Below, piece after piece: positions 55,361 to 64,000 of a stretch of 64,000 bases of DNA (its first letter is position 1; every line of letters starts with the position of its first letter). Origin of the DNA: Gemmatimonadota bacterium (GTDB lineage Bacteria > Gemmatimonadota > Gemmatimonadetes > Palauibacterales > Palauibacteraceae). The notes under the pieces were generated by a model. That model had not been told where the DNA came from, made no database searches, and worked only from the letters and a program-made list of their open reading frames with translations. The stretch lies in NCBI GenBank assembly GCA_039588215.1, contig JBDHAD010000034.1, forward strand, positions 1,230 to 65,229, written 5' to 3'. Both the position numbers and the translations under genes were made by a program.

Positions 55361-55885
55361 ATGCGAGGAAACGTGTCAAACCGACGATCCGTCCCGATGA
55401 CTCTGTTGCTCGGCGGGGTTTTGGCCGCGTGTGGCGGTGCGGACGGATCCCAGGCGGCGGCAAACGGGGCCGCGCCCGAGCCCATGCTGCAGGAGGGTAA
55501 TGCACAGCTCGCGAACGCCACGATCCACGTGTACAAGGCCCCCGACTGAGGGTGCTGCGAAAAGTGGGTGGTGCACCTACGAGCGATGGGGTTCAACGTA
55601 GAGGTGGAAGAGACGGATCAGTTGCTGGACGTCAAGGCGGAGCACGGGGTTCCCAAACATCTGGAAGCCTGTCATACGGCGACCGTCGACGGCTACGTGA
55701 TCGAGGGACACGTTCCCGGAGACGTCGTGGCGCGGCTTCTCGAGGAGCGACCTGCGGTCGCGGGGCTGGCGGTACCTGGCATGCCGATCGGGTCGCCCGG
55801 GATGGAGATGGGTGATCGAGTCGATCCGTACGACATCTTCACGTTCGACGAAGCAGGCGCGACGACGGTGTTCGAGAGCCGCTAG
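55361..55885 (+). CDS. DUF411 / CopG-family periplasmic copper-binding lipoprotein interrupted by an in-frame TGA (55547-55549) at the first Cys of the CxCC motif
   Basis: Lipobox LAAC. The two track ORFs (55361-55549 and 55568-55885) are in the same frame. The combined reading is ...VYKAPD-TGA-GCCEKWVVHLRAMGF...CHTA..GY.IEGHVP...GLAVPGMPIGSPGME, which is collinear with DUF411. Confidence 0.6.
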
Positions 55886-55937
55886 AGACACGGCCGAAAG
55901 CAGAATGTGTGCCCGGGGCGGGGACGGGTAGCGCTCG

Positions 55938-56447
55938 CTACCCTCTCTCGGCCCCGGCGCTCGCCTCCACGGAGTCCGGCTCGACCGGGCTCTCAGCGTC
56001 ATCACCCCCGGCTTCGTCGCCTCCCGCGCCCTCGCCGGTCGAGTCCGCTTTCCTGACGCCCTCGAAGGTCGGGTTCTCCACGAAGGGCTGGTAGCGTGAT
56101 ACGCCGAGTGTCACCGTGTCGCCGACACCCACCAGAAGGTCGATTTCGGCCACGCGCTCGGTGAACGTCGCCAGCATCGCGCCTTGCTCCGCCTGGACCG
56201 TAAGCAACAGCCGGTCAGCCTCCCGCTGCTCGGCGAGCACCGGACCGATGGCCAACTCCTGCGACCCCCGTAACGAGTCGGGGAGGTACGGTCGCAGGAG
56301 CGGAGGCAGAAACAGGGTTCCGGCTATCCCGATGAGAAGACCCGCCAAGAGCCAGGGAGCGCGCCGCCCTCCCCTGGCCTTCTTCAGATCCTTCTCGAGC
56401 TCACCCATTTCATAGACATCATCTGTCGGTGACGTCGTATCGTTCAT
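55938..56447 (-). CDS. Hypothetical single-pass membrane protein with an acidic C-terminus
   Basis: ORF with one TM helix (WLLAGLLIGIAGTLFL). No known domain recognised. Confidence 0.4.
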   Translation of the reverse strand: MNDTTSPTDDVYEMGELEKDLKKARGGRRAPWLLAGLLIGIAGTLFLPPLLRPYLPDSLRGSQELAIGPVLAEQREADRLLLTVQAEQGAMLATFTERVAEIDLLVGVGDTVTLGVSRYQPFVENPTFEGVRKADSTGEGAGGDEAGGDDAESPVEPDSVEASAGAERG

Positions 56448-56590
56448 GGCTCCGTCCGCATATAGGCGCCTTGCGCCGTCACAACATGAGGGCCACCAAC
56501 TGGGCCCACGGTTGCCGTGGGAAGCTGGACATCAGCCCGAGGGGCCGCAAGGATGCGGGCGCGACCGGCCTTTAGATCTGGAGGTGATCA

Positions 56591-57067
56591 TTGATGCGCG
56601 TAATCTCGACCGTCCCGCGGCCCCTGGCCCTCATCATCCTCCTACTGCTGATACCCCGCACGGGTTTCGGACAGTCCCAGACCGACGCCGACGCCGCAAG
56701 CGAGGTTAGGGAAACGCTGATCGCCATGTGGGACGCGATCGAGAAAGGCGATCTCGACCGTTACGCAAGCTATATCCACCCTGACTTCACGGCCTTCGGC
56801 GAGAGCGACGTATACCTCGCCCGCGGGAAAGAGCTGGAGATCCGGGGCATCGCGGCTTATTTGCAGCGCGCCCGCGACGTACACACCGAGATGCACCAGC
56901 CCCAGGTTACGATACGTGGGGACGTGGCGTGGATCGTCTATTACTGGACGGACTCGGGGTGGGTGGATGGGGAGCGAATGACGAGCCGAGGGAAGTCCAC
57001 CCGCATCTTCGTGCGGGAAGGTGGGCGTTGGCTCTGCACCCACGGGCACTACACCGCCGTCCCGTAG
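56591..57067 (+). CDS. Secreted SnoaL-like / DUF4440 protein
   Basis: Signal peptide. EVRETLIAMWDAIEKGDLDRYASYIHPDF and the C-terminal REGGRWLCTHGH are typical of DUF4440. Confidence 0.6.
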   Translation: MMRVISTVPRPLALIILLLLIPRTGFGQSQTDADAASEVRETLIAMWDAIEKGDLDRYASYIHPDFTAFGESDVYLARGKELEIRGIAAYLQRARDVHTEMHQPQVTIRGDVAWIVYYWTDSGWVDGERMTSRGKSTRIFVREGGRWLCTHGHYTAVP

Positions 57068-57159
57068 GACCCCGATGAGAGAAAGGGTGCGGCCGTGAGG
57101 CCGCACCCTTTAGCGAGGAGTTGCTCCGCTACGCGCTAAGCGATGGCACCCGACTTTGG

Positions 57160-57342
57160 TCAGGAACCAGCCGGGAGGCCGTTCAGCGTGCTGCTAGCGT
57201 TGCCGAACGCGCCATTGATCCCCGTGGCCAGCGCGGTCATGCCGGCCGTGATCGCCAGGGCGATCAACACGACGAGCAGGACGTACTCTGTGGCGTCCTG
57301 ACCAGACTCGTCGCTCCAAAGGTTACGTAGGAACTGTTGCAT
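57160..57342 (-). CDS. flp: Flp/Fap-family type IVb pilin
   Basis: GGAGGG SD. The sequence MQQFLRNLWSDESGQDATEYVLLVVLIAL contains the G/xxxxEY Flp processing motif. Confidence 0.8.
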   Translation of the reverse strand: MQQFLRNLWSDESGQDATEYVLLVVLIALAITAGMTALATGINGAFGNASSTLNGLPAGS

Positions 57343-57730
57343 TTTCACCCTCCGTCGATCGACTTGTGAATCCACTTAGCTGCTCGAGCGTTTGCAGGCA
57401 GGGGGTCCTATTGAAGGAACCGTACCTCCGTCGGGCCTCGTAAGGCCCACCGCGTGCCAGAACATGTAATCCATTGTAGGAAAGCGCCTTGCGGGTCATT
57501 CCGTCCCGTTTGGGACGGAAGCCCGAGCGTCGATTGTGTGGGGCGAATCCAACGGTTCCATACTACACCTGTTGACTAGATCCTCCGGATGCGCCGTTCT
57601 GGACCGGGAGCCGGCTTGCGAGGCTCATCCTGCGGGACCCGTGCACCACTCGCCGGCTGGACCGGCCCGGCGGCCTGTTCGAACCTCCGTCTGGAGATCG
57701 ATTGGCCGCTGATGGTCCCGGTTGGGCCGT

Positions 57731-57868
57731 TCAAGCCTCGTTGATGCCACTCGAAACTAGCACCACGCCGCCCGAGATAGCCAGGGCGATCAGTACCAGG
57801 AGCAACACGTATTCGGTCGCGTCCTGCCCCGCGGTGTACCGCCAGGCCGTTCTCATGAGATCCCGCAT
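57731..57868 (-). CDS. flp: Flp/Fap-family type IVb pilin (second copy)
   Basis: AGGAG SD. Sequence MRDLMRTAWRYTAGQDATEYVLLLVLIAL. Confidence 0.75.
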   Translation of the reverse strand: MRDLMRTAWRYTAGQDATEYVLLLVLIALAISGGVVLVSSGINEA

Positions 57869-58194
57869 CTCTGCTCCTGCTCCCAGTCCCGGACGGCGCC
57901 CGTCGAAACGGCGCGCCCGCCTCGTCTCGATCCTCGAGGCGCGTTTTCCGGGGGCGTGTGGATGCTGGAGGAGTGCCATTGCGGACCAGGACGCCGCAGC
58001 TCACGGCCAGCACTGATAATGAATTGCCATTGCCTCAGTTACGCGGCCCGGCCACCAGCTCCATCGTACGCGTCGGAATCCATGTCTAGAACGCGCTGTG
58101 GCTATTCCCCAACAGAGGGCTGCTGTTTGTTGCTCGCGGCCAACGCCGGGACGAGCCCACGTTCGAGGGCACGAGCCTCCGATCAAGTCCGCCG

Positions 58195-58767
58195 CTACTT
58201 TGCCCGCGAGTAGGTCCCATCAAACACCGTGTTCCAGCTTTCCCCACCGTCGCCGGAGACCTGCCACGTCTGCCGGACCGTTCCGTCCTCGTTGGGCGCC
58301 CATGTGATTCGGTCGAGGACCGGCTTCCCTTCCTGGCCGATCCTCTCTCCGCTGAGCACCATGCGACCGTCCTCGAGCCCGCCGCGAAGCTGAAGTAGCA
58401 GTCCCTGATTGTCGACCCAGCTCTGGTGCCACTCACCGGCGGAACGGTCGTAGGTGTTGAAGCTCTTGCCTTCATAACCGCCGTTGGTCGCCGTGTACTC
58501 TTCGAGCAGCACGCACCCGCTCAGGATGGAGGTGATGCGGTTACGACCCGCGGAACGGTCGTCCGCCGTCACGTCCCACTCGCCGATCCAGAAGTCGAAC
58601 TGACGGAACTCGTCGCCCGAGCACGGCGTCTCCTGGGCGGTCGCGTTCGAGGCAGGCGAGGCAGAGCTCGGACCTGCGGGCCACCAGATCAGGGCGAGCG
58701 CCAGGACCACCGAGGTCACGGCCAGGGATCGTCCGATGAGAGGCAATCTCATGTCGGGCTCCTTCAT
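58195..58767 (-). CDS. Secreted hypothetical protein (beta-rich; FDFWIGEWDV motif)
   Basis: Signal peptide and a good ORF. The family was not confidently recognised. Confidence 0.45.
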   Translation of the reverse strand: MKEPDMRLPLIGRSLAVTSVVLALALIWWPAGPSSASPASNATAQETPCSGDEFRQFDFWIGEWDVTADDRSAGRNRITSILSGCVLLEEYTATNGGYEGKSFNTYDRSAGEWHQSWVDNQGLLLQLRGGLEDGRMVLSGERIGQEGKPVLDRITWAPNEDGTVRQTWQVSGDGGESWNTVFDGTYSRAK

Positions 58768-58972
58768 TCATCGAGGTTAGCCGAGCACCCGGTTCGATCC
58801 GGTTGCTCTCACCGCGCGAGCGCTTCCGCCGCGCCCAAGAATACCTCACCTGGGGCCGCGAAAGAAAACCGAGACGATGAAGGGAACTTCTGTGAGGCCG
58901 AACGAGATGACCGAAGCGGTGAACGGTTGTTGTTGCTCGGGTGACCGGGAGTGGATGGCCCGGCGATATGCC

Positions 58973-61441
58973 TCAGCGCGGGTTGTCGCCATGCAGGATC
59001 TTCACGCCCTCCCGCTCCAGCTCTCTCAGCCGTGACCGAAGCCAACGCGCCGCCTCCCGACCCAGGCGATCCGACTCCACCCGAATCCGGCGGTCCCACC
59101 AGCGGCGCGTGTTCCACCGGTCGCCACAGCCTTCCTCGGGAACGGTACCGGCGAGGAAGATCTCGGGCTCTCCGTAACACCCCCACCCTGCGCGAAGCCC
59201 GGTAGCCGGATCCACGTGGACAACCTCTACCCCGCTCGGAACCTGAAAATCGGCGCCGCCCTCCGGACCCAGCGCAGTGCGCAAGAACCGAGCGAACACC
59301 GGGAGCGCCGCGCGCGAGCCCGGCAGCCCGATCCGGCCGCCGTCATCGAACCCGACCCACACCCCGACCGTCAACTCGGGCGTGTACCCGACGAACCAGG
59401 CATCCCGATACCCGTTGGTCGTGCCTGACTTGGCGGCAACGGGTCCGTCGTATCCATAGGCCCGAACGCCGCGCCCGGTCCCTCGCTCGACGGCACCCAG
59501 GAGCGCCGAGGTGACGAGATACGTCTCGGCCGGTGTGAAGGCGCGCTCCGGGGTGCCCGTCTCGAGATCCTCCAGACGACGACCCTCGGAGTCGAGCACG
59601 GCTCGCACCGCGCGGGGCGGGACCCTGAGTCCCTCGGCCGCAAGCACGCCGTATGCCCCTGTCATCTCGAGCAAAGAGACCTCCGAGGCCCCGAGCGCCA
59701 AGCTCGGCACGGCCGTGAGGTGGCTCGTGATCCCCAGCGCACGCGCCGTCTCGATGATGCGTTCGGGGCCGACCTCCAGACCGAGGCGCGCAAAGGGGAC
59801 GTTTCGCGATCCCTCGAGCGCCTCGCGAAGGCTCAGGTCGCCATAGAACTCGCCGTCGTAGTTGGAGGGGGTCCAAAGCCCCTGGCGCGTCTCCACCGAC
59901 AGCGGCACATCTTCGAGCGTAGATGCGAGCGTGAACGGGTCTCGTCGCTCCACCGCGCGCGCGAGCGCCGTCAATGCGACGACCGGTTTGAAGACGCTCC
60001 CTGGCTGCCGGCGCGCGCGCGAGGCGCGGTTGAATTGGGACGAACCGTACGATCGCCCGCCTACCATGGCGAGGATCTCGCCGCTCGACGGGTCCAGGGC
60101 GACGAGGGCCGCCTGGAGTGGCCGCCCATCTCGCTTCAAGTGCGCGAATTGGCTCTCGAGCGCCTCCAGACCCCGTCGCACGGCGTCCTCGGCCGCGCGC
60201 TGGAGCGAGGGCTCGAGCGAGGCGATGACCGCGAAGCCACCCGTTTGCAGCTCGCTCTCAGTGAAAGACTCGCGCAGCTCTGCAGCGAGGTGGTCCAGGT
60301 AATACCGCGGGGAGAGCCGGGCCGAGCGCCGATCGCGGAGCTCCAGCGGATGGTCAGTCGCCTGCTCGAGCGTCCGCGCGCCGAGCTCGCCTCGCTCGTG
60401 CATCATCGCCAGGACGAGATCCCGCCTGGCCCTTGCGGCGGCCGGGTTCCTGAACGGGGCGTACAGGCTGGGGCCCCGGATCACACCGGCGAGAAGAGCA
60501 GATTCCTCCACCGACAGGTCGCTGACATCGTGACCGAAGTAGAATTGCGCCGCGCGACCCACGCCATGGATCGCCGCCGCTCCGTTCTGACCCAGGTAGA
60601 TGTGGTTCAGATACGCCTCCAGAAGCCGCTCCTTGGAGACCCGGCGCTCCAGAGCGAAGGCGATGGCCGTTTCGCGCAGCTTCCGGAAGAGGGTCCGGTC
60701 GGGGGAGAGGAAGAGTGTTCGCGCGAGCTGCTGCGTCAGCGTGCTCCCGCCCTGTGTGATTCGTCGAGCCCGGAGGTTGGCGACCATCGCTCCAGCGATC
60801 CGCCGAAGGTCGACGCCGCCGTGGTCGAAGAAACGCCGGTCCTCGACAGTGAGGATCGCCTGGACGAGGTGGTCCGGGACCTCGTCCAGGCGTACGGGCA
60901 CGCGATCGCGGCGAGTCTCGCCCCACAGCGTGCCGATCAGCTCCGGCTCGAGAACGACACCCGGGAGCTCGCCGCCCTCGGCGCTGCGAATCGCTCGGAT
61001 CCGACCACGCCGTTCGAGCCGCACCCGTACCACGCCCCCCGGGTCCCACACCCCGGCGATCCGCATGGGGTGTCTTCCGATGCGCCATTCGCTCGAATCC
61101 AGCCGATACTCCCCGGATCCGACCTGCCCCCGCACGCGGCGATAGCCGGTCCGGCGCAGGTGGGCATCCACCCGCTCGCGATCCGGACGCTCTCCGGTCT
61201 GCAGGATGAGCGGTCTCGCGTAGATCCTCGTGGGGAGTGCCGCCGTCGCCGCCTCGAAGCTCGACGCCACGCGCCGCTCGAACAGGGCGTAGGAGGCCAG
61301 CAGCGTGGCCGTTACGGCGAGATGGAGGATGAGCCTCCGGCCGGTGAGCTGCCTGCGGATAAAGCGGAGCGTACGTCTCACGGAAGTCGTCGTCTCACGG
61401 GCCCGCGGAGTTCTCAGTGAGTCGTTTCGACCACACGTCAC
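58973..61441 (-). CDS. Bifunctional class A penicillin-binding protein (glycosyltransferase GT51 plus transpeptidase)
   Basis: GT51 motifs: EDRRFFDHGG, GGSTLTQQL, RKLRE. Transpeptidase motifs: SVFK (SxxK), SRN, KSGT. Confidence 0.88.
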   Translation of the reverse strand: MTCGRNDSLRTPRARETTTSVRRTLRFIRRQLTGRRLILHLAVTATLLASYALFERRVASSFEAATAALPTRIYARPLILQTGERPDRERVDAHLRRTGYRRVRGQVGSGEYRLDSSEWRIGRHPMRIAGVWDPGGVVRVRLERRGRIRAIRSAEGGELPGVVLEPELIGTLWGETRRDRVPVRLDEVPDHLVQAILTVEDRRFFDHGGVDLRRIAGAMVANLRARRITQGGSTLTQQLARTLFLSPDRTLFRKLRETAIAFALERRVSKERLLEAYLNHIYLGQNGAAAIHGVGRAAQFYFGHDVSDLSVEESALLAGVIRGPSLYAPFRNPAAARARRDLVLAMMHERGELGARTLEQATDHPLELRDRRSARLSPRYYLDHLAAELRESFTESELQTGGFAVIASLEPSLQRAAEDAVRRGLEALESQFAHLKRDGRPLQAALVALDPSSGEILAMVGGRSYGSSQFNRASRARRQPGSVFKPVVALTALARAVERRDPFTLASTLEDVPLSVETRQGLWTPSNYDGEFYGDLSLREALEGSRNVPFARLGLEVGPERIIETARALGITSHLTAVPSLALGASEVSLLEMTGAYGVLAAEGLRVPPRAVRAVLDSEGRRLEDLETGTPERAFTPAETYLVTSALLGAVERGTGRGVRAYGYDGPVAAKSGTTNGYRDAWFVGYTPELTVGVWVGFDDGGRIGLPGSRAALPVFARFLRTALGPEGGADFQVPSGVEVVHVDPATGLRAGWGCYGEPEIFLAGTVPEEGCGDRWNTRRWWDRRIRVESDRLGREAARWLRSRLRELEREGVKILHGDNPR

Positions 61442-61599
61442 CTTGTCTTGGACGCGTCGGGTGCAAAAAAGGTTTCCCGTCGGGCCGGAGACGAGATTGC
61501 ATTCGACCGAGACGACTTGCCGCGGACTACGCTGGCGGACTTATGTGAGGAGGTTTGGGGTAAGAGTTCGGAAACGGTGATGAGCCTCGGGGGCCATTC

Positions 61600-62022
61600 A
61601 TGATCTGCCACAGTCACACGATCGAACGCGAGACGGCGGGCAACGATCACATCCTGGATCTGACCGACGATATCCGGGATCTGGTGCGTACAAGCGGCGT
61701 CGGAACCGGACAGCTCACGGCCATGGTCACCGGCTCGACCGGTGCGCTCTCGACGCTCGAGTTCGAGCCGGGCCTCGTGCACCACGACATCGCTGCGGCA
61801 CTCGAGAAGATCGCACCGCGCGACGGCCGTTACGAGCACGAGGAAACGTGGCACGACGACAACGGGCACAGCCACGTGCGCGCCACGCTGGTGGGACCCG
61901 CGCTCACGCTGCCGATCGTGGATGGCGCGATCCCGCTGGGGACCTGGCAGCAGGTGGTCCTGCTCGACTTCGATACGCGAGCGCGTCACCGCCGCGTCGC
62001 GGTAACGATCATCGGCGAGTAG
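61600..62022 (+). CDS. yjbQ: YjbQ/UPF0047-family protein (secondary thiamine-phosphate synthase family)
   Basis: 140 aa. Blocks: LEFEPGLVHD, HSHVRATLVGP, GTWQQVVLLDFD. Confidence 0.8.
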   Translation: MICHSHTIERETAGNDHILDLTDDIRDLVRTSGVGTGQLTAMVTGSTGALSTLEFEPGLVHHDIAAALEKIAPRDGRYEHEETWHDDNGHSHVRATLVGPALTLPIVDGAIPLGTWQQVVLLDFDTRARHRRVAVTIIGE

Positions 62023-62078
62023 TCGGCGGGCACCCTCCGCGTGCGATGCGCTCCGCCCGGAGGATAAGGCCGTTTGCG

Positions 62079-63710
62079 TCAGGCCTCGTCCGCTTCGCTC
62101 TCGGGCGCGTGCAGCCGCCACCACGCCTCCGCCTGGGACGGCCCCCACTCACCCACCGCGGCGCAGGCGGCGAGCGCCTCGTCGAGGACCCACGCATCTC
62201 CGGGACGCTCGGCGGGCTCCTTTTCCAGACACTGAAGGACGAGATCCTCAAGATCGACTGGAATCTCGAGCTCGGTACGTTCCGAGGGACGGACCGGGGG
62301 AGTCTTGAGGTGCTCCACGACCAGGCCCATCGCGGTCGTGGCGTCGAACACGCGCGTACCGGTCAATAGCCAATACGCGACGCAGCCGAGCGCGTACAGA
62401 TCCGCACGTCCGTCCACCACTCCGTCTCCCAGCGCGATCTCGGGCGCGATAAACGCCGGTGTGCCCGCGAACCCACCCTCGGCCGTGAGCTCCAACTCCT
62501 CGGGGGCAGCGGAGGAGGTGGCGCGCGGGTGTATCTTCACGAGCCCGAAATCGAGCACCTTGACGAAGTCGTGGTCGGGCCCCAGACGACAGGTGAAGAT
62601 GTTCGCGGGCTTGATGTCTCTATGGACCATCCCTCGCTCGTGCGCCTCGCCGAGCGAACGACATACCTGGCGCATCAGGTGAATCGTGCGCCCTGGAGGG
62701 ACGGCTCCATAGCGTTTCACCAACCGCTCGAGGTTCAGGCCGTTCAGGAGCTCCATCACGTAGTAGAACACCCCCTCGTCGGTCAGCCCGAAATCGTACA
62801 GCTCCACGGTGTGGACAGAGCGAAGGCTCGAGGTCGCCTGGGCTTCCCGTTCGAAGCGCTTTACCGCGCTCTCGCGAGTTCCGGGGTCCGTCCCCAGCAC
62901 CTCTCCACGAATGAGCTTCACGGCCGCCGGCCGCACCAGCATCCGGTGCTCGGCCCGCCACACCTCCCCCATCCCACCGGCACCGAGAGGCTCGACGAGC
63001 CGGTAGCTGCCCACCTCGCGCGCCTCGCGGAGCCGAACGCCGAACCGGTGCACGATCCGAGCGACGACGTATGCGATCCCGGCGCACAGATAGGTGGTGA
63101 ACAGGAAGTAGGTGGCGAAGAAGTAGAGCGGCGTCTCCGAGCTCGTCGCGCCGGCAGCCATCGACAGGAGGACGACGAGCGGTGGCATCGACGCGGCGGC
63201 GAGTGAGGCGGTGAGGATCTTCCAGGGAGTGTTGGGCGCGAGGATCGGGAATATCAGGATCCAGATCCCGACCCAGGAAACTCCGACGTACGAGCCAATC
63301 ACTTCATCCGGCCGCCACTCCGGGAAGACTCCCCATAACTCGGCGAACGCGATCCCGAACGCCCCGACAACCGCGAAGGCCAAACCGACGTCCAGCAGCC
63401 GCTGCGGCTTCATCCAACCGCGACGGGATGTCCAGAACATGCCCAACCCGAGCAGGATCGAGATGACTGCCACCCCGAGGTGCAGGGGTCGATCGAACAG
63501 CGGAGGAACCATCCCGCTGCCAAGGGCGACGAGGTGCGCGCCGAAGAATGCGAGGAAGTAGGTGACGGAATAGACCAGTGCCGCCCATCCCAACCGCCGC
63601 GATGATTCCCGCAGCACGTCGGTGGGCACGGACCCGGACGAGGAGCGGCCAAGCGCCGCCTTGGCGCCGCCCACACCGATCTGTGTCTGAAGCCGCAGGT
63701 CGTCGCTCAT
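62079..63710 (-). CDS. Polytopic-membrane N-terminal domain fused to a C-terminal Ser/Thr protein kinase
   Basis: ~6-7 TM helices, then GAGGMGEVWRA, HRDIKPAN, DFG and APE motifs. The start is taken at MSDDLRL. Confidence 0.8.
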   Translation of the reverse strand: MSDDLRLQTQIGVGGAKAALGRSSSGSVPTDVLRESSRRLGWAALVYSVTYFLAFFGAHLVALGSGMVPPLFDRPLHLGVAVISILLGLGMFWTSRRGWMKPQRLLDVGLAFAVVGAFGIAFAELWGVFPEWRPDEVIGSYVGVSWVGIWILIFPILAPNTPWKILTASLAAASMPPLVVLLSMAAGATSSETPLYFFATYFLFTTYLCAGIAYVVARIVHRFGVRLREAREVGSYRLVEPLGAGGMGEVWRAEHRMLVRPAAVKLIRGEVLGTDPGTRESAVKRFEREAQATSSLRSVHTVELYDFGLTDEGVFYYVMELLNGLNLERLVKRYGAVPPGRTIHLMRQVCRSLGEAHERGMVHRDIKPANIFTCRLGPDHDFVKVLDFGLVKIHPRATSSAAPEELELTAEGGFAGTPAFIAPEIALGDGVVDGRADLYALGCVAYWLLTGTRVFDATTAMGLVVEHLKTPPVRPSERTELEIPVDLEDLVLQCLEKEPAERPGDAWVLDEALAACAAVGEWGPSQAEAWWRLHAPESEADEA

Positions 63711-63920
63711 CGACACTCTCACGGTTCGGGACTCCCCCACGGTACAGGGAAGCGTCGGGGGTTCCAAGGGCCGGCGATGGATGCCATGAGGGGACCGACC
63801 CTTGAGGATCCGGGCGTCACGGCGCACTCTAGGGGCTCCGCAGCATGGGCCTGCGTCGGGGAATGACCCCTGACAGCTCGCTGCAGGACTGCTCTGACCC
63901 GCTGCGCAGGAGTGTCGTCA

Positions 63921-64000
63921 ATGAACCGACTCACACTCGGAACCCGGCTCGGCCTGGTTCTCGGGCTCATCCTCCCGGCATCGGCCGCGGCCCAATTCAC
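63921..64000 (+). CDS. 5' fragment of a secreted protein (runs off the window)
   Basis: ATG followed by the signal-peptide-like MNRLTLGTRLGLVLGLILPASAAAQF. Only 26 codons are visible. Confidence 0.3.
   Translation, partial: MNRLTLGTRLGLVLGLILPASAAAQF

Overview
This is a high-G+C bacterial window. The gene content (Ser/Thr kinases fused to TolB-type beta-propellers, alternative complex III, Flp pilins) suggests Gemmatimonadota or a related lineage, but that is inference only.

The window splits into two parts.

(1) Positions 1-26401 are an accessory region bounded on the right by an intact tRNA-Pro(GGG) at 26328-26401 on the minus strand. Seven further copies of the 3' ~46 nt of that tRNA lie to its left, all in the same orientation. 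Each copy sits inside a 180-370 bp composite repeat made of a GC hairpin, the tRNA 3' half and an arm of iterated 10-bp motifs. These repeats divide the region into small cassettes of 1.1-6 kb. The cassettes carry unrelated cargo: three paralogous kinases, a BTAD regulator, a DUF1326/DUF2182 pair, an erythromycin-esterase-like gene, a low-GC DUF2268 protease and several SnoaL-like proteins. No integrase is visible in the window. I read this as an integron-like or tycheposon-like tandem accretion array at a tRNA. It is the most unusual thing in the window.

(2) Positions 26.4-64 kb look like core chromosome:
- an ArsR-methyltransferase/ahcY operon
- a five-tRNA cluster plus a truncated tRNA-Ala
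- a DegT aminotransferase
- a complete alternative complex III operon, with ActC and ActD in one ORF
- a second PsrABC-like molybdoenzyme / NrfD / multihaem cluster whose membrane subunit has a TerB-like tail
- sucA, a PBP1A-type enzyme and two orphan Flp pilins
- a DUF411/CopG-family gene with an in-frame TGA exactly where the first Cys of the CxCC copper motif belongs, which makes it a candidate selenoprotein or a pseudogene

All calls come from reading the sequence and the ORF track. No database search was run.
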